Shown here piece by piece: positions 26,206-40,009 of a DNA stretch of 64,000 nt (positions within the stretch are counted from its first letter, which is position 1; every line of letters starts with the position of its first letter). Below the pieces are notes generated by a model. It did no database searches, had not been told where the DNA came from, and saw only the letters and a list, made by a program, of their open reading frames with translations. The stretch lies in contig JAUZTB010000066.1 in assembly GCA_034780895.1 (NCBI GenBank), positions 22,746,764 to 22,810,763 on the forward strand, given 5' to 3'. A program made the position numbers and the translations under genes. The DNA comes from Rhynchobatus australiae. Taxonomy: Eukaryota.

Positions 26206-26894
26206 ATTGAAAGTTATTGAAAATCACATTACCGTTGATGACAAATTCCAGAAACCAAAAGTAACCTGAAGAGTCAGTGCTGGCAGATTAGGATGAAAGC
26301 ATGTGGTTATAGAGTCTTTTAAGCAAACAACATCCCTGCACCATTTGCTTATCCAGAGACCGATGTGACATTTTCATCTGAATATTGCCCAAGCCATCAA
26401 ACAGGGATGGTGGAATGGTTGCTTGAATTGGTGGCCAGGGGAAAGCCATTGCATTTTCCCAATGATCCACCCCACCATTTGAGTTGCTGGGATTGAGCAC
26501 CATGGCAAAGGGGGCCAAAGTAAAACATGAACTCCAACCTGCCTAATGTCATGAATATCATTGTAACTTAAAATTGTGGAGACCTGGAAAAATCTGCCAG
26601 CCACATTTGGTAGGCAGGCAGCAACAGNNNNNNNNNNNNNNNNNNNNNNNNNNNNNNNNNNNNNNNNNNNNNNNNNNNNNNNNNNNNNNNNNNNNNNNNN
26701 NNNNNNNNNNNNNNNNNNNNNNNNNNNNNNNNNNNNNNNNNNNNNNNNNNNNNNNNNNNNNNNNNNNNNNNNNNNNNNNNNNNNNNNNNNNNNNNNNNNN
26801 NNNNNNNNNNNNNNNNNNNNNNNNNNNNNNNNNNNNNNNNNNNNNNNNNNNNNNNNNNNNNNNNNNNNNNNNNNNNNNNNNNNNNNNNNNNCCA

Positions 26895-27055
26895 TTAATA
26901 ATAAAGACAGAGAATGCTGGAAACACTCAGCAGGTCAGGCAGCATCTGTGGAAAAAGAAACAGTTAATGTTCAGGCCCGTTAATGTTCAGGCCCTCTGTC
27001 AGAACTGGGAAAGAATTTTGTTTCAGATTTCCAACATCTGCAGTTTTTTTTTGAC
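26895..27055. mobile_element. Partial Penelope-derived palindromic element
   Basis: AATGCTGGAAACACTCAGCAGGTCAGGCAGCATCTGTGG arm, internal 16-bp tandem duplication GTTAATGTTCAGGCCC, and TTCAGATTTCCAACATCTGCAG. Confidence 0.7.
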
Positions 27056-30000
27056 ATTTTGTTGTCATTTTCATTACTGGGAGGATCATTACAAGTGAGG
27101 AGTAGCAGCTATGTGGGACTGGGCTTCCTGCAGTATTCCTGGCCACCTCCCAGTTAATACAACAGACTAGATCTCATAAGGAGAACCTGTACATCTTACC
27201 AATCCTAAGAATCAGCAGGATTCCTTGGAATACTACAGCATTCCTCCTATCCTACCCCTCTTGCCTCCCTTTTCTCAAGGACTAATCTCACACAGGAACA
27301 GTCCCTCAGGTCCACTGCTGTCAGACTGGCATCTGATATTCCACTCTTGTTCACAGGCTTTGACCTCATTCCCATTGGCATAAAAGTTAAAATTGGAGAC
27401 CCAGACACGTCTCAGGTTAAAATCCAGATTATTTTAGATGTAGGGATTTGGTCTTTGACCTGATAAAATTAAAAGGACTCTGGAGGTGTGCATGTACGTC
27501 ACTTTTTATTGTTCAAAGACGATCATTACAGTGAGCTTTATCCCATATTTCTGTCAGATTGTTTCACCTAAATATATATGTTCCAAAGTTCAGCTTTCAC
27601 TGGGACTTCCAGATACAGGATGTCTGTATAACTGGAGTTCAGGTACAGGTTAAGGGGTTAAATGCTTCTGCTCCTCTGTTCCTTTATAATTGGAGCGTTC
27701 AAGTGCAGGAAATTACATTGGCAGCTGCCTTTAAATCAAAATGCCTGGTCTTGAAAAGGCCTATTCTCTTTTCTCTCATCTCTCCCACCCTCCCGTAGAC
27801 TTGGAGCCTCTGCGATCACATGGAGGGTTAATTTCTTTGGGGATTCTCCAAGGTCCATTGCATAATTTACAGGGAAGATCTAGTGGAAAGTGGCACTGAT
27901 GCTGATTTTCCTGGGGTATCTGCAGGTAATTAGTTTATTCCTGCATGGATTTACCCCACCCTCCCCCCCATATCATTGTGCCACCCTGTCTCGGCTATAA
28001 ATAACATGTATATAAGAGGTTGGTTTCCTATCAATGCTCAATTAGAGAGCACAGCTTGTCCTAACATGGTTATGGCACATCATCGAGATTTATAAAGGCC
28101 GTTTGCATATTAAACTGATCTAGGGTACAAGAAATGCCAGAACTGTACAAACACATGCCATCAACACCATACTTCGTCTCTTTGTTCAGCCTAAGGCAAT
28201 CATATAGCAAGTCTCTTAAGAAATAAAGGTAATTTAGAGCAAATGTGTATGATCTGATTCATTTTATGCCTTATGTTTAATACACAGCTTCTCTCCCCAG
28301 AGAACAGTAAACGCAATAAAATAAGAACAGTGCGCATGGATGTTAAAGGATTATGTGTCTTTTTTCACTGCTGAGGGGAGAAGATTGTGTTTACAGGCTT
28401 GAATGCACACTTGCTAGGCCAAGGCAGCAGTTGATTGTGCTAGAACGCTCTGTCAGGCAATGATTTGTCAAGTAGTTTATCACTAATGTCACTTTTCAGC
28501 GTGTTGTCAGAGGTAACATATCGCCCCTTTCCCTGCTTTATACCCATTTCATGTAGAAAATTTGTATTTACTTTGGGAGTGTAATTTGTTCCTCCTGGAT
28601 AATATGACCCTTAGCGGAGCCGGATCATGGGTTAGTTGAAGTGATATTTTCCTGGTAATGGTAGTCGTACATCATCCTTGTCAGCCTGGGTTAGAAGGGA
28701 AGAACATTACAGCTCCATTTTAGTGCTTGCAGACATCTGGGATTATTTGCCATAACAAAGTATGACATGACCAGTCTACAGAGTGCATTAAATTTTTACC
28801 AGCTCCTCCAGTGAGCTGCACTACACAAGCCCACACCCTTGGCAAGCTTTAATGATGAAAGCCTCAGTGCTCCTGCCATCCTTCAGCAAGGTGATTGGAT
28901 GATGTCATTTGTCAAGGCAGCCACTGCTTTCCCTGTGCTGTGGACTGCTCCCTTTCTGCAGATTCCCAGCGTTACACTCTGCAGCAAAGGGCAGCTTTGG
29001 AGTGACATACTGGCATTAGCAAGGCCCAGAGACATGCTCGAGTTTGTGCAGAAATGACTTCTTCTGCTGAACACGGTTTAACCCACCCTTACGACAAACC
29101 TTTCTCCTGCTCTCAATCGGCAGAGTCAAAGGGAACGTGAAGCCTCTCCTAGTTGAAGCTTCAATGCACGAGCTGAAATCTGACTGTGACTACTGTTGAC
29201 ACTGTATAGCTTGTTTTTTGACATGATGCTTACAACCACAATCTGGACTGTGTGATGTGCACTGAGGCCTACCTCTGAAGGCTTCATTTCATACGCACTC
29301 ACTCCCTTCTTTCCTCTTCCCTCTTAACAGACATCTGTCCCATACATCTTATCACAGTTTACTGCAGTTATACCAACATCGCCATTAATTTGATCCCAAT
29401 TTACATTTGCAGATCCACTTCCAATGGAAATGATGGGGTGTTGTGCATTATGCTTTGAATCTCTCTCAACTGGAGTAGATCCCTGCACATGTAACACCTG
29501 GAGATGGGAGATGGGCAGTGCTTCTGGTCACAGATGTGAGAGAAAGGTCCTTTTTGCCCAACAAAGCAAAAAAGCAAATTACAGTCCTGCAGCAAGAACA
29601 AAATGGCAGTCACAGATGCATGCACCACTGCTGGCAGCCATTTTACTTTTGGAACTCGTACACTTTGATTTCCAAGGTAGAAAATAGACTCTGTTTGGCA
29701 GCATTTCCAATGCAAGTAGTGCATCTGTTTTAGTCTCTTAAAACATTGAAGCAACAACTGCTGAAAAATGTTTTATAATTATGGTTTAAACTTTGAAATG
29801 TAGTCACAGGTTTTCTAAAATGTATACAGGATTTAAAATTTGTGTGTTTAACATCACCATAAAAGGTCTGATGACTCTGGACTGTTTTATAATCTGGAAA
29901 TGAGCTAATTCTGCACCAGTTTCTGCACCAGTCCCAGAACTCCTGTTTCATTTGCCTCGTTCTCAACACAAGAGGCTAACTGTAAAGCCTCTTTACAGTG

Positions 30001-31364
30001 ACATGAGCCTAGTCACCTTGTCACTTCATACAGCTCTGTGTCAGAGAATCTCCCTATTGTTGAAGGCTGTGACCCATTTCCTTCCTCTCTAGAATTACCT
30101 CCAGCTCACTGCCTGTTATCGGTATATGGGATGGCTCTTCATCTGGTCTTCATGACACAAGTGAAACAACAAGACCCATTGTTAGCCCACATAACTCGAG
30201 TCTTAACTGCTTGATGTTCTGAATTCCACTGAAATACTTCTTGGGCTGAGACCTGGGTTTGTCATGATTGCTGTGGCACAAAGTGGAACTTTTGCAGAAT
30301 CCCCAAAATATGTTGAAGTAAGAGAGCCCTGTTATATTTTAAAATCAGTCTACATTCTGTCCAGAGATGTTCCGAAATTACCTTATGCCCTCTCCCCTTT
30401 CTGACTCGTTCTTTCCCACACCTCTAAAATGATGGAGCCCCCTAAACCTCTCCAATCTTATCTCTCCATCATTCATGCTTGAAAAGTCTGAGGTTTGCAC
30501 CATATAATTGCTGCTTCCTGAACCTACCTCATCATTCTTTGCTCAGTTCAGCAGTAGTGCCAATACATTATGGGCCTTGGCCTTTTGCCTTGCTTTCTCA
30601 AGTGGAATAAAATGAAGGTTCCACTGGGAGTCCTGCCAAAACTCAGAGAGTAAATAATGGTCATTTCCTTATAATATTGCCCGGTTTGTTTCTTTATCTC
30701 ATGAAGCTACCTCCTGCAGGAAGAAAATGGTTTTCACTTAGTGGACCAGTTGGTCTAGCTGGTGGGTGGTTCTTAGTTATTGTCTTTCACTTCTGGAAGC
30801 CAAGGGAAAGTGATGAAGGTCTCATTTTAGTGATGGCCATTGAGAGTCACAAGTATTACCATGTTGACTGAAGGCTCTTTCTGCCTGGTCTCCAGTGGAC
30901 AAAGTCTGGTCAGCAGCCAAGCATTCATGAACAGAGAGCTGAAAAATAAAGTTCGACCATACAGAGAGTTGTCTGCTGGGTAACGGTGGATAAACTCTTC
31001 TTATCTTCTGACATTTGATTCCGATGAGTTTCAGTGGAATTTCAATGGGTGCTGAGTAGTGCAATGTTTAGATTACTGGAGTATCGTCCAAAGGACGAGA
31101 CCAATTATCTGAATACATGAGATTGAAAGGCAGCATAACAGTTGCGAAATATAAATTCAAGGTATTAATTGAACCCTTCTTTCTAAAAACATCTGGTTCA
31201 CTGACATGCGTCAGGGAGGGGAAATTTACCAGCGTTAAATGTGGACAATGTGACCTTGCCCCATCAAATGTAGTTGACCCTTAACTGCACCCTCAGTATC
31301 AGAACCAATACAGGGTGGACAATAAATGCTGACATTGCCATCAATATTTTGCAGACAGACAGTA

Positions 31365-31937
31365 CCCAGATCTGGAACACGAGATGTGGGTCCAGATAGG
31401 GAACACTCGGTGTGGGTCCAGATTGGGAGCATGCGATGTGGCCACAGAACACATGGTGTGGATCCAGACACTGAACACACGGTGTGGGTCCAGACATAGA
31501 ACATGTGGTGTGGACACGGACATGGAACACGCGATGTGGATCCAGGCACGGAACACGTGGTGTGGATCCAGGCACAAAACACGTGGTGTGGGTCCAGACA
31601 CAGAACACACAGTGTGGACACGGACATGGAACACGTGTGGATCCAGGTATGGAACACGCAGTGTGGGTCCAGACACGGAACACGCGGTGTGGACATGGAC
31701 ATGAAACACACAGTGTGGGTCCAGACATGGAACATGCGGTGTGGACACGGACATGGAACACGCGATATGGATCCAGGCAAGGAACACGCGGTGTGGACAT
31801 GGACACGGAACATGCAGTGTGGGTCCAGACACAGAACACGCGGTGTGGATCCAAATAGGGAACATGTGGTATGGATGCAGACACAGAGTACAAGGTGTAG
31901 ACCAAGATATGTACAGGGTGTGGATTCAGACATGGAG
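31365..31937. repeat. 26-bp minisatellite, about 22 units, three interspersed variants
   Basis: Consensus near GCGGTGTGGGTCCAGACACGGAACAC; variants have GGTCCAGA, GACACGGA/GACATGGA or GATCCAGG in the middle. Confidence 0.95.
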
Positions 31938-32149
31938 GTCTTAGCAGCTGAATTTCTAACCCACCAGCATCTCCTCACTGTTCCAGCTGGCAGTGATCAT
32001 TCTCAGTGACTTGTGCTTTGGTGCCTCAGTTCAGCTTCTTCAGACAAGTAGTCCACAGTAATTGCCAGGTGCATGCTCCTTGATTTAAGGCATTTGGCTA
32101 TTCTGTTAGTCAACTTTTATCAGCTGCATCCACAGTATATTAATGAATA

Positions 32150-32270
32150 CTACAGAAAAATACCTCAGATGCTGGAAATCTGAAGTAAAATCAGAAAATG
32201 CTTGAAACGCTCAGCAACTCAGGCGACAACTGTGGAAAGAGAAACAATGACTTAGGTCATAAATCCTTCA
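32150..32270. mobile_element. Half copy of the Penelope-derived element
   Basis: CAGATGCTGGAAATCTGAAGTAAAATCAGAAAATGCTTGAAACGCTCAGCAACTCAGGC...CTGTGGAAAGAGAAAC. Confidence 0.7.
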
Positions 32271-33589
32271 GCAGCCTCCTTGCTCATGTTCTGCTTCAAT
32301 CTAAATTCTGATTTTGTGATCCAGGTCTTTGTGTTTGGCCTACCACACCTTGTCTCTGCACCCCTATAGTTGTTGGTGGTCTAAGTGACCACAGCCACTT
32401 CACAAATGCACCCAGGATCAGTATTAGAACAGCAACTAGAATACAGTGAAATTCCTTAGGAAAGAATGGTTTGTTCAGAGAACTACTTACTGATTGGTGA
32501 AGGCAGAAATGTGTTATGGAGGAATTCTAGTCAGCTTCTGCTGACTAATGATTGTCTGTTTTGTAATTTGCCCATGTATTTAGAAGGAGGCTTTTCACCA
32601 TTTTGACATTTTTCCAGAATTTGTAAAAAGGTCACATTTGAGCTACATAACACTTAAATGGCTTTAAGTTGAGTCTTTATTTTCATATTTTAACCTACAA
32701 ACACAGAGGATCTGTAGTTAATTTCTTTGATGTGTAAAGAGGAAAAGAATCTCATTATAGCCTGGAGGCACATTGCATGAAACAAAAGCATATGACCTTG
32801 TAGGCTGAACTGTCGCAATTTAATCAAGGTTCTTCGTTGAGCTACAAGAGGCAACTTAATTCTCACAACCTTGACTGATGATGATCGCTAAAGTGGTTGT
32901 TAATTGGTGAGAATAGCTCTCGTCAATCCTGAAAAGGTCTCCTTGGAGGGATCTGCGTTTCATGTAGTGAACGTGACAGATTGTCTGCATTTCCATACTG
33001 GAACCAGCCCTCACTGTTCTCCACATAATGCGCGTTCAGTCTCTGTGGTGGGATTCGAATTTACCCAATAAAAAATTAATTATGGGAATGTCAACAAAAT
33101 ATATTGCCTGTCAAAGAGTAATGGGAGGGCAGTGGTTACTGCTGGTGAAATTGAGGAAGGCCACATGGGACAGTGCAGAAAGGTGTACAGCCTCTGGCAG
33201 CATTCCTCTGGTTCACAGGGAGTTTAACCTTGGCAAGAACTTGGGAAATTGGTTCCTTTTGAGTAATTGATAGTATTTGAATTGCAGTGCAAAGCAGGAG
33301 GAGGCAGCAAGGAATGTGAGCTTNNNNNNNNNNNNNNNNNNNNNNNNNNNNNNNNNNNNNNNNNNNNNNNNNNNNNNNNNNNNNNNNNNNNNNNNNNNNN
33401 NNNNNNNNNNNNNNNNNNNNNNNNNAACTACAGTCCATTCTGCTATGTTGGAGGCTGGAGGTTGAAGTGCCTCCTAAAGAAAACGGCTTTCTATATTCTG
33501 TTGATTTTAATGTTGTGCCTGGTCTGTCAGGAATCATTTACCATCAGAAATGCACCGAGCAGTAATAATGTCAGAGGCATTACAGCCTA

Positions 33590-33870
33590 GTAGCAGACAG
33601 CCAGGTCCTACAAACAGTGATGACATAAATGACTGAAGCATCTGTTTTAAGAGTTAGTCAAGGGGTAGATGCCGGCCAGAACACGAGGGAGAACCTCCCT
33701 GCTGCTCTCTGGGGTCTTTGAGGTCCATTTGAGAGAGCAGACGTGGTTGTGATTTAGCATCTCTTCTGAAAGGCAAGAGTGCATTTCCTCAGCCCTATAT
33801 TGAACTGTTTATGTCCATGTAGGGCTTAAACCTGTACGTTTTGATTCAAAGAGTGCAGCCGCAGGGCCAA
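33590..33870 (-). mobile_element. Decayed Deu-domain SINE (SacSINE1/AmnSINE-like)
   Basis: GGCCAGAACACGAGGGAGAAC-CTCCCTGCT...GAGAGAGCAGACG...TTTAGCATCTC resembles the reversed Deu core. Confidence 0.6.
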
Positions 33871-36800
33871 GGGTAAACTAAATGTACATGGTNNNNNNNN
33901 NNNNNNNNNNNNNNNNNNNNNNNNCATGTATAATATTTTTCTTGTGCATAACATGGAATATAGCCAAGGCATAGTGTTCCTATGTTTTTGTGGGCTCAAA
34001 GCTTTTATAAAGAGAGTCACAGATCCAGCAAATATTTTATTGTCATTCTACTATAAAGCCCTAAAGGATATTTGAAAGAGATTTCTCTTCTTGGTGTTGC
34101 TCACTTTTTTTGATCACTCCCTGAGTTTCCAGTTAAAAGTGTAGGATCCCAGAATTACTTATTTAAGTCTAGGTTTTTGTCCAGATCATTTTTTCTTACA
34201 CTTAAGTAAAATGATTACCTCAAGGAGTGGATATGGGTGGAGTGTTTTTCTTTCCTTCAGTTTGCAAGGCTCTGCCATGTGACCAGGTGAGGGATTTGGC
34301 TGCGACTGAACTCAGCAGTCCTTTCTCCACCACTGGAATTTGGCTTACCATTCCTCAACCATCAACCAGCAGCCTCCTCTGGGAGGAACAACTGAAAATC
34401 CCCCGCCATTTCAATGACGTGGGTGCAGCCTGGGATTACAGATCTGTGCTAAGAAGAAACAGACTTGACTCCCACTCAAGTCTCTTCAAGTCATTGTTCA
34501 CCATGGTCAGCTCATTAGTTCAGTGCTTTCTTCCAGCTATGAATCTACTTTTGCTCAGAACTGTGAAAGACACAAAATAAAGACAATTGTTCAGAACCTT
34601 TTCTTTAAACAAAGACTTTTTTTTCACCCAGTGGTGGTCTGGAGTTTGTTGCCTGAATGGGTGGTAGATGCAGAAATCTTCAACAGATTTGTAAAGGAGC
34701 TGGATGAGTATTTGAAGTTGAGATGTAGGAATTAGGATTAGCTAAAACTGCTCTCCTTTTGGTTGAGCTGGGCATGAGGAACAAAATACCTACATTCTGT
34801 GCCATACATTTCTGCAGTTTGATGATTGTGTAATGTGATATCATGCACGTTTCCAGAAATGCAGTAAATCTCATTCACTAATCATAGTTGAACTTATACA
34901 ATTATACCTGTCACAATTAAGCTGCACAAGACATTTTACCACACTATAATGGCATCATAAAAATACAAGTTGTCATCAATGTTGTTCAATCTCTGACCTT
35001 TTGGAACCCCTTTACTGGTATTCACAGTATTTCCTTTGCTAATCAAGATAGTGAAGTATGTCTGTCCTGAACTCCAGTATGCAATAAGGTCTGAGAAGAG
35101 CTTGATTTTTTTGTGCTGATGTTCACAGCATCACTCCTTTGACAGACTGCACTTGCAAAGTGTGAGGACTGTGAACACCAGTCAAAGTGGTTTTCACACA
35201 TATTCTCATGACAAAAACTTTTATTAAAATCTCCAAGAGGCATGTAGAGTTGTGAGTCAATATGAACTGTGAAGGTAAAAGCCTAAATTGTGCAAATTCT
35301 GTTGGCCCACATTTTCCTCAATTTGAATGTATTCAAATTGAATTTAACCAACATAAGGATCTGTTTTTTTAATTAACTCGTGAATGGGAGAATATTGTTC
35401 TTTTGGTAACGCAAAGGCCAACGATTATTCATTGTTCTAGATGTTGCCGTTGCAGAGATTATCCTGCTGTGCGCTGCTAATCATATAAGCATAATGGAAA
35501 AAACACATCATTTTGATAATATCAGAAGCCAGGAACCTCATATGCATGACATTCTTTAAAAATAATCAAGAAAGCTGAAAAAATGTAGCAACAATGTAAT
35601 AGAAGGAGGAGGTCTGGTAGACTTGACATGAAAAGATTGAAATGAAAAGGTGTTCCCCACAACCAACAGAAAATACATTCTTTAATCCCATATATAGTTC
35701 TTAAGCATTATAGCTGGAAGAAGCAAGTGGAATTCGAATCAAGATCCAAGTAGGGATCTCAGTAGATCATTACTGTTAGGTATAAATCTCAACTTGCTTG
35801 GTATCAACAATAGGAATCAGAATTGTACGATTAGTGGGCAATAGTTGAGTCACAACTATTACTGCAGTGCAGGATTCTGGAACCATTGAGAGTTTTACAA
35901 TGATTCTTATCCAATCAGGCAAAATGCAGTGGAAATCTCTAGCTTTTAACAAAATTGGACATGACGAGGCAATGAGCTACTCCTGACTCTGTTATCATTA
36001 AATGTACTGATATTTGCTGTTGTTTTCCGTTGAATTGGAGGGGGATTGATGGATGTACAAGAGAGAATAGACTACAAGGGAGTAAGTGGGGCAGTGGGAC
36101 TGATGGGAAGCCCTGAGTGCCTGCATTAACTCGAAGGGCTAAATTGTCATGTTGTGAGAAAAAATAAAATAAAATGAGATGCATATGGAATATACAACAA
36201 GAAATGGTGATTTTCCTTGTAATATACCGGAGTCACATTGGTAACAAGGAGAACATGATCTGTAGCTTCCTCCACAATAATCAGAAGTTGTTTCACAAGA
36301 ACGCTAACATGCACCATACTCGTGCATGGAAGGCAGCTGAGTACACTCTGATTGACCAGTCATGTGAAAGAGACAGAGGAAACACAGGAAGGGCCTGGAA
36401 ACCTACCTGACCCCAGGGAGCAGTGGTTGCCAGTCTACCCTGAGGCTGCAGTGGTCCTCTTAAAGAGAGAGAGGCAGTAATGAGCACCTCATTCACTCCC
36501 TAGATTCCAAACTGTCCATTTTGTTTACATCATGAATCAGAACAATACCTTCATGCTCTTCTGTCCTCTTCAATGTCAGCCTCTTGCCTCTTCTTCCCAC
36601 ACTGTGGTGGTTTCCACAAGAGACCATGTATCATTGTACCTGGCAATAGCGAGCTTCTTAATGGTGGGAATCCACCAGGGGGCCCATATTACAAAACATG
36701 AGATTCCTTATTCAAGAGAATGGTTTGTATTTTTGGCAGAACCAGCACGCAGTGGTCCAGTGCCAACTCCCATCCAACAGTAAAGCCATCCTAGAGGGAG

Positions 36801-37934
36801 ATGGAAGCCTATTCAAAATTTAGAAAATATGTCCATTGGCCTGAATCTGGTATTTTTCATTGATAACCTGATTGGGAATAAGTGCAAAGATAGAATGAAC
36901 TTTTACATTGCTTTAGCTGACAACTGTCATCAATAATTACAAATTTAGTCGAGCAGTCACAGATGACACTTTGCGTGTGGGATTGGGAGCAGGAATTCTA
37001 TCCCTGTTACCATTACAGGTGGTGAAGAGAGTTGCTTATTTCAGTCTTGGTGGGAATTGTCCTCAAGCATCTGATGGAAGATTGAGATTATGCATGGTTC
37101 CTTTCAAGAGGATGTAACTGCCAAAAAACCATTAATGTTTAATAAAAAAGAAATTTTCAAATGACTGGAAATAAATCAATGGTGATAATTCAGCATTTCT
37201 GGTTTATTTCTTAATTACAATCTAGTTAAATCAACATAATAGAAAGCTGTCATTTTTTAAATGCTAGTGCTAGTTGCAGCTTTACCCCAGAGCAAACTTG
37301 ATATTTTATTCTGTTTTTAGTATTACACAAAAACCTCAAGGGAAATTAGATCATATTTATAATACTCTTTTCATTTACTGGGTTGCCATTGATCCCATTA
37401 ACTTTTTGTCTAGACCTTAACAACTGGGAATACAAAAGAGGTCCTAGCCTGCCTGCTATTTATTTTAAACCTTTAAGTGGTAGGGTGCAGCTTGCCCTTC
37501 CAGGACAAGTGTTTAGCTATTAATCTGACACTGGTCTATCTAAAATGTGAATACTTCACACACTGGGAGTTTGTTGCTGGGGGAGAGACATCCATTGCCA
37601 CATCTGTCCCTCATTGCTGGTAAAGTTGAGGCTGGAAGTCATCTGTTAACCTTTCACTTATGGCCTCTCACCTTCAGTTTCTTGGGTCATCTACTGCATA
37701 AGCNNNNNNNNNNNNNNNNNNNNNNNNNNNNNNNNNNNNNNNNNNNNNNNNNNNNNNNNNNNNNNNNNNNNNNNNNNNNNNNNNNNNNNNNNNNNNNNNN
37801 NNNAAGCAGACTAAATACATGAAATATAAAAACTGGGTGATAAATTAGTCTTGAATTCCTTTTTGGAATTCTATTGATGCCGCCATTACAATTCTTTGAT
37901 TCCCATCCAGTGAATTATTTTTGTATAAATTAGA

Positions 37935-38310
37935 TGCAACACCTTGAGCTGGTTCCAGCATTCAATGGCTGATCCTGTGCTTCAGAACCACATTCCAACC
38001 TGATCCCAGAATCGTTTGATTTTCTTAGTGTCCAAAAATCTACCAATTTCACGTGATTAAATATCCACAACTCCTTGGGTAGGAATATCCCAACAATACT
38101 CCGAATAAAGAGATTTCTCCTCATTTCAGTTTTAAGAGGCCAACTCCTTATTCCAAGATGATGCCCTGATTTCTGAATTCTCCAGACTGAGGACACAGCC
38201 TCTCAACATCTGTCCTGTCAATCACTTTCACAATCTTGTATGTATCATTCTTCTAACCTTTTGTGAGAATAAGCCAGTCTTATTATATCTCTCTGTAGGA
38301 CAAAACAGTT
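37935..38310 (-). mobile_element. Decayed CR1 LINE 3' fragment
   Basis: Minus ORF KSGHHLGIRSWPLKTEMRRNLF. Confidence 0.8.
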
Positions 38311-38489
38311 CTTCCAAGCAAGTTGCTTTATCTCATAGATTCTCACATCATGCTCATCCTACATCTTCATGCTCATTTCTCAATTTGTTACTATCCATTT
38401 GTACACCACTTTCAATTCCCTCACAGCTCCCTGTCACACTTAGCCTTGTATCATCAAAAGTGAATGTGCAACACACTGCCTTTTCAAAG

Positions 38490-38873
38490 TCAAAGGTGAG
38501 TTTATTGTCACATGCACAAGTGCGTGTATGCACAGGTGCAATGAAAAACTTACTAGCACAGCATCACAGGCACATAGCATCAGAGACACAACATTTACAA
38601 GAAAAACAAATTAAACATTTTTACACAATATTTACAAGAAAGAGCACAATTAGAATTTTAAAAATTGTCTAAGATATTAATGTAGATTGTGAATGGCCAC
38701 AGCTGAATAACTTCCCAAGACCTGCAATTGTACAGTGGGGCTGTGAGTAAGTGCAGCTGATAACCAGGGGACTTGCCTCCTTCACACTGTGCCTATGATG
38801 CTGCTGCAAGTAAGTTTTTCCTTACACCTGTGCACGCATGTATTTGTGCATAAAACAATAAACTCAACTTTGA
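38490..38873. mobile_element. Two LINE/SINE 3' tails in opposite orientation forming about 85-bp inverted arms
   Basis: 38490-38574 is the reverse complement of 38788-38873 at roughly 80-85% identity by eye; each carries AATAAA plus a CTTTGA-like tail pointing outward. Confidence 0.75.
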
Positions 38874-38989
38874 ACACCCTCAGAAAGGAACTTTGAAAAC
38901 TTTTTTTTAAAAAAACATTTTTTTTAACACAATGTCTTTAGAAATTTCCATTTTCACATTTTGTTTCTTTAGTATTATCCTTGAATGTG

Positions 38990-39200
38990 ACTGTGTAGTA
39001 TAAGTGGGTTAGACATTGGACTTAATCCTCCAGTTTAAATCAAGCCTTCACTGAAGGGTTAAAAATGTCCCTAATCTGTTGGGTACAATGTGTGAGTTGC
39101 GTCTGTGCAAACCCATTCCAGTTCCTCAAGGGCACAGGCCGATGGAACAAAACCTTCACAAACTCAGTGCCAATTTCCAATGTCTCCCAATTGAGCATCA
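38990..39200 (+). mobile_element. Possible ancient LF-SINE-like remnant
   Basis: Ordered motifs TTTAAATCAAGCC, CCAGTTCCT, GGGCAC, ACAAAACC and GTGCCAATT recall the LF-SINE core (from memory; highly decayed). Confidence 0.4.
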
Positions 39201-40009
39201 AGTTGAATTACTGTGGAAGAAGGTGGAGACAAATAACATTCTCCTTCATTCAGGGGATGAATTAATAATTTCTGCACTGCACAAAATTGCAGCAAAAAAT
39301 AGACAGTTTTTATTACCACGCATAGCTTTGCTGTGTCACTGAGGAGATAGAGGGAGATGAACCGATAATGTTTCAGGTGGGTAAAGTTTCATTAGAAATG
39401 CACTTTAAGCTTTCCAGCATTACTGCATTTTGCTTATGCATTTACATTTGTTTTTTGACTCTGCTCACTTTTCCCTTGGCTTGCTGAACTGTGCAGCCCA
39501 ACAGAGTCCCACTTTTGATTTCTGATCTGCATTGAGTTCACTGCTGGTTGCCTGAAACCAAGTTCCATTTTCCATCCTTCACTTTGAAGAACAGAATACT
39601 GCGAAACAAAATTTGAAATGAATGGATTGCCTGACATTCCTTGGGCCAGTGTCTCTTCCACGTGTTGGAAAGGTGGCTTTCATTTTTAAATGCTTCTTGT
39701 TCCCTCAAATCATGGAAGAGAGTCAATGCAGGTTTTGAAAGTGACAAACAAGGTGGACAGCAGAAGGTAGTAAAAGGTTTACTCGATATCTCACAGATCA
39801 TTATCAGTTACCCTTGCTGGAATTACTGTGCGAAGTGCCTGAAACCTTCCATATACTGTTTTCTCATTTCCATGACAAAGCTGGAATTTGGGAATGCAGG
39901 AGAGTCAGAGCTTTCTTGCTGGACAAAAGGTGAACATACTTAAATACTGGACTTTGATTCTCTCCTCTTGTTGACGTAATAACTCATTGCTGAATACATG
40001 TCCAAAGAA

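Noticed and set aside
27799-27924. Exon-like segment with strong pyrimidine tract and CAG|GTAATT donor
   Set aside because: Stops in all three frames and no supporting neighbouring exons; a non-coding exon cannot be supported from sequence alone.
31235-32009. Cys/His/Trp-rich ORFs on both strands (zinc-finger- or keratin-associated-like)
   Set aside because: They result from a stop-poor 26-bp repeat that is open in several frames on both strands.
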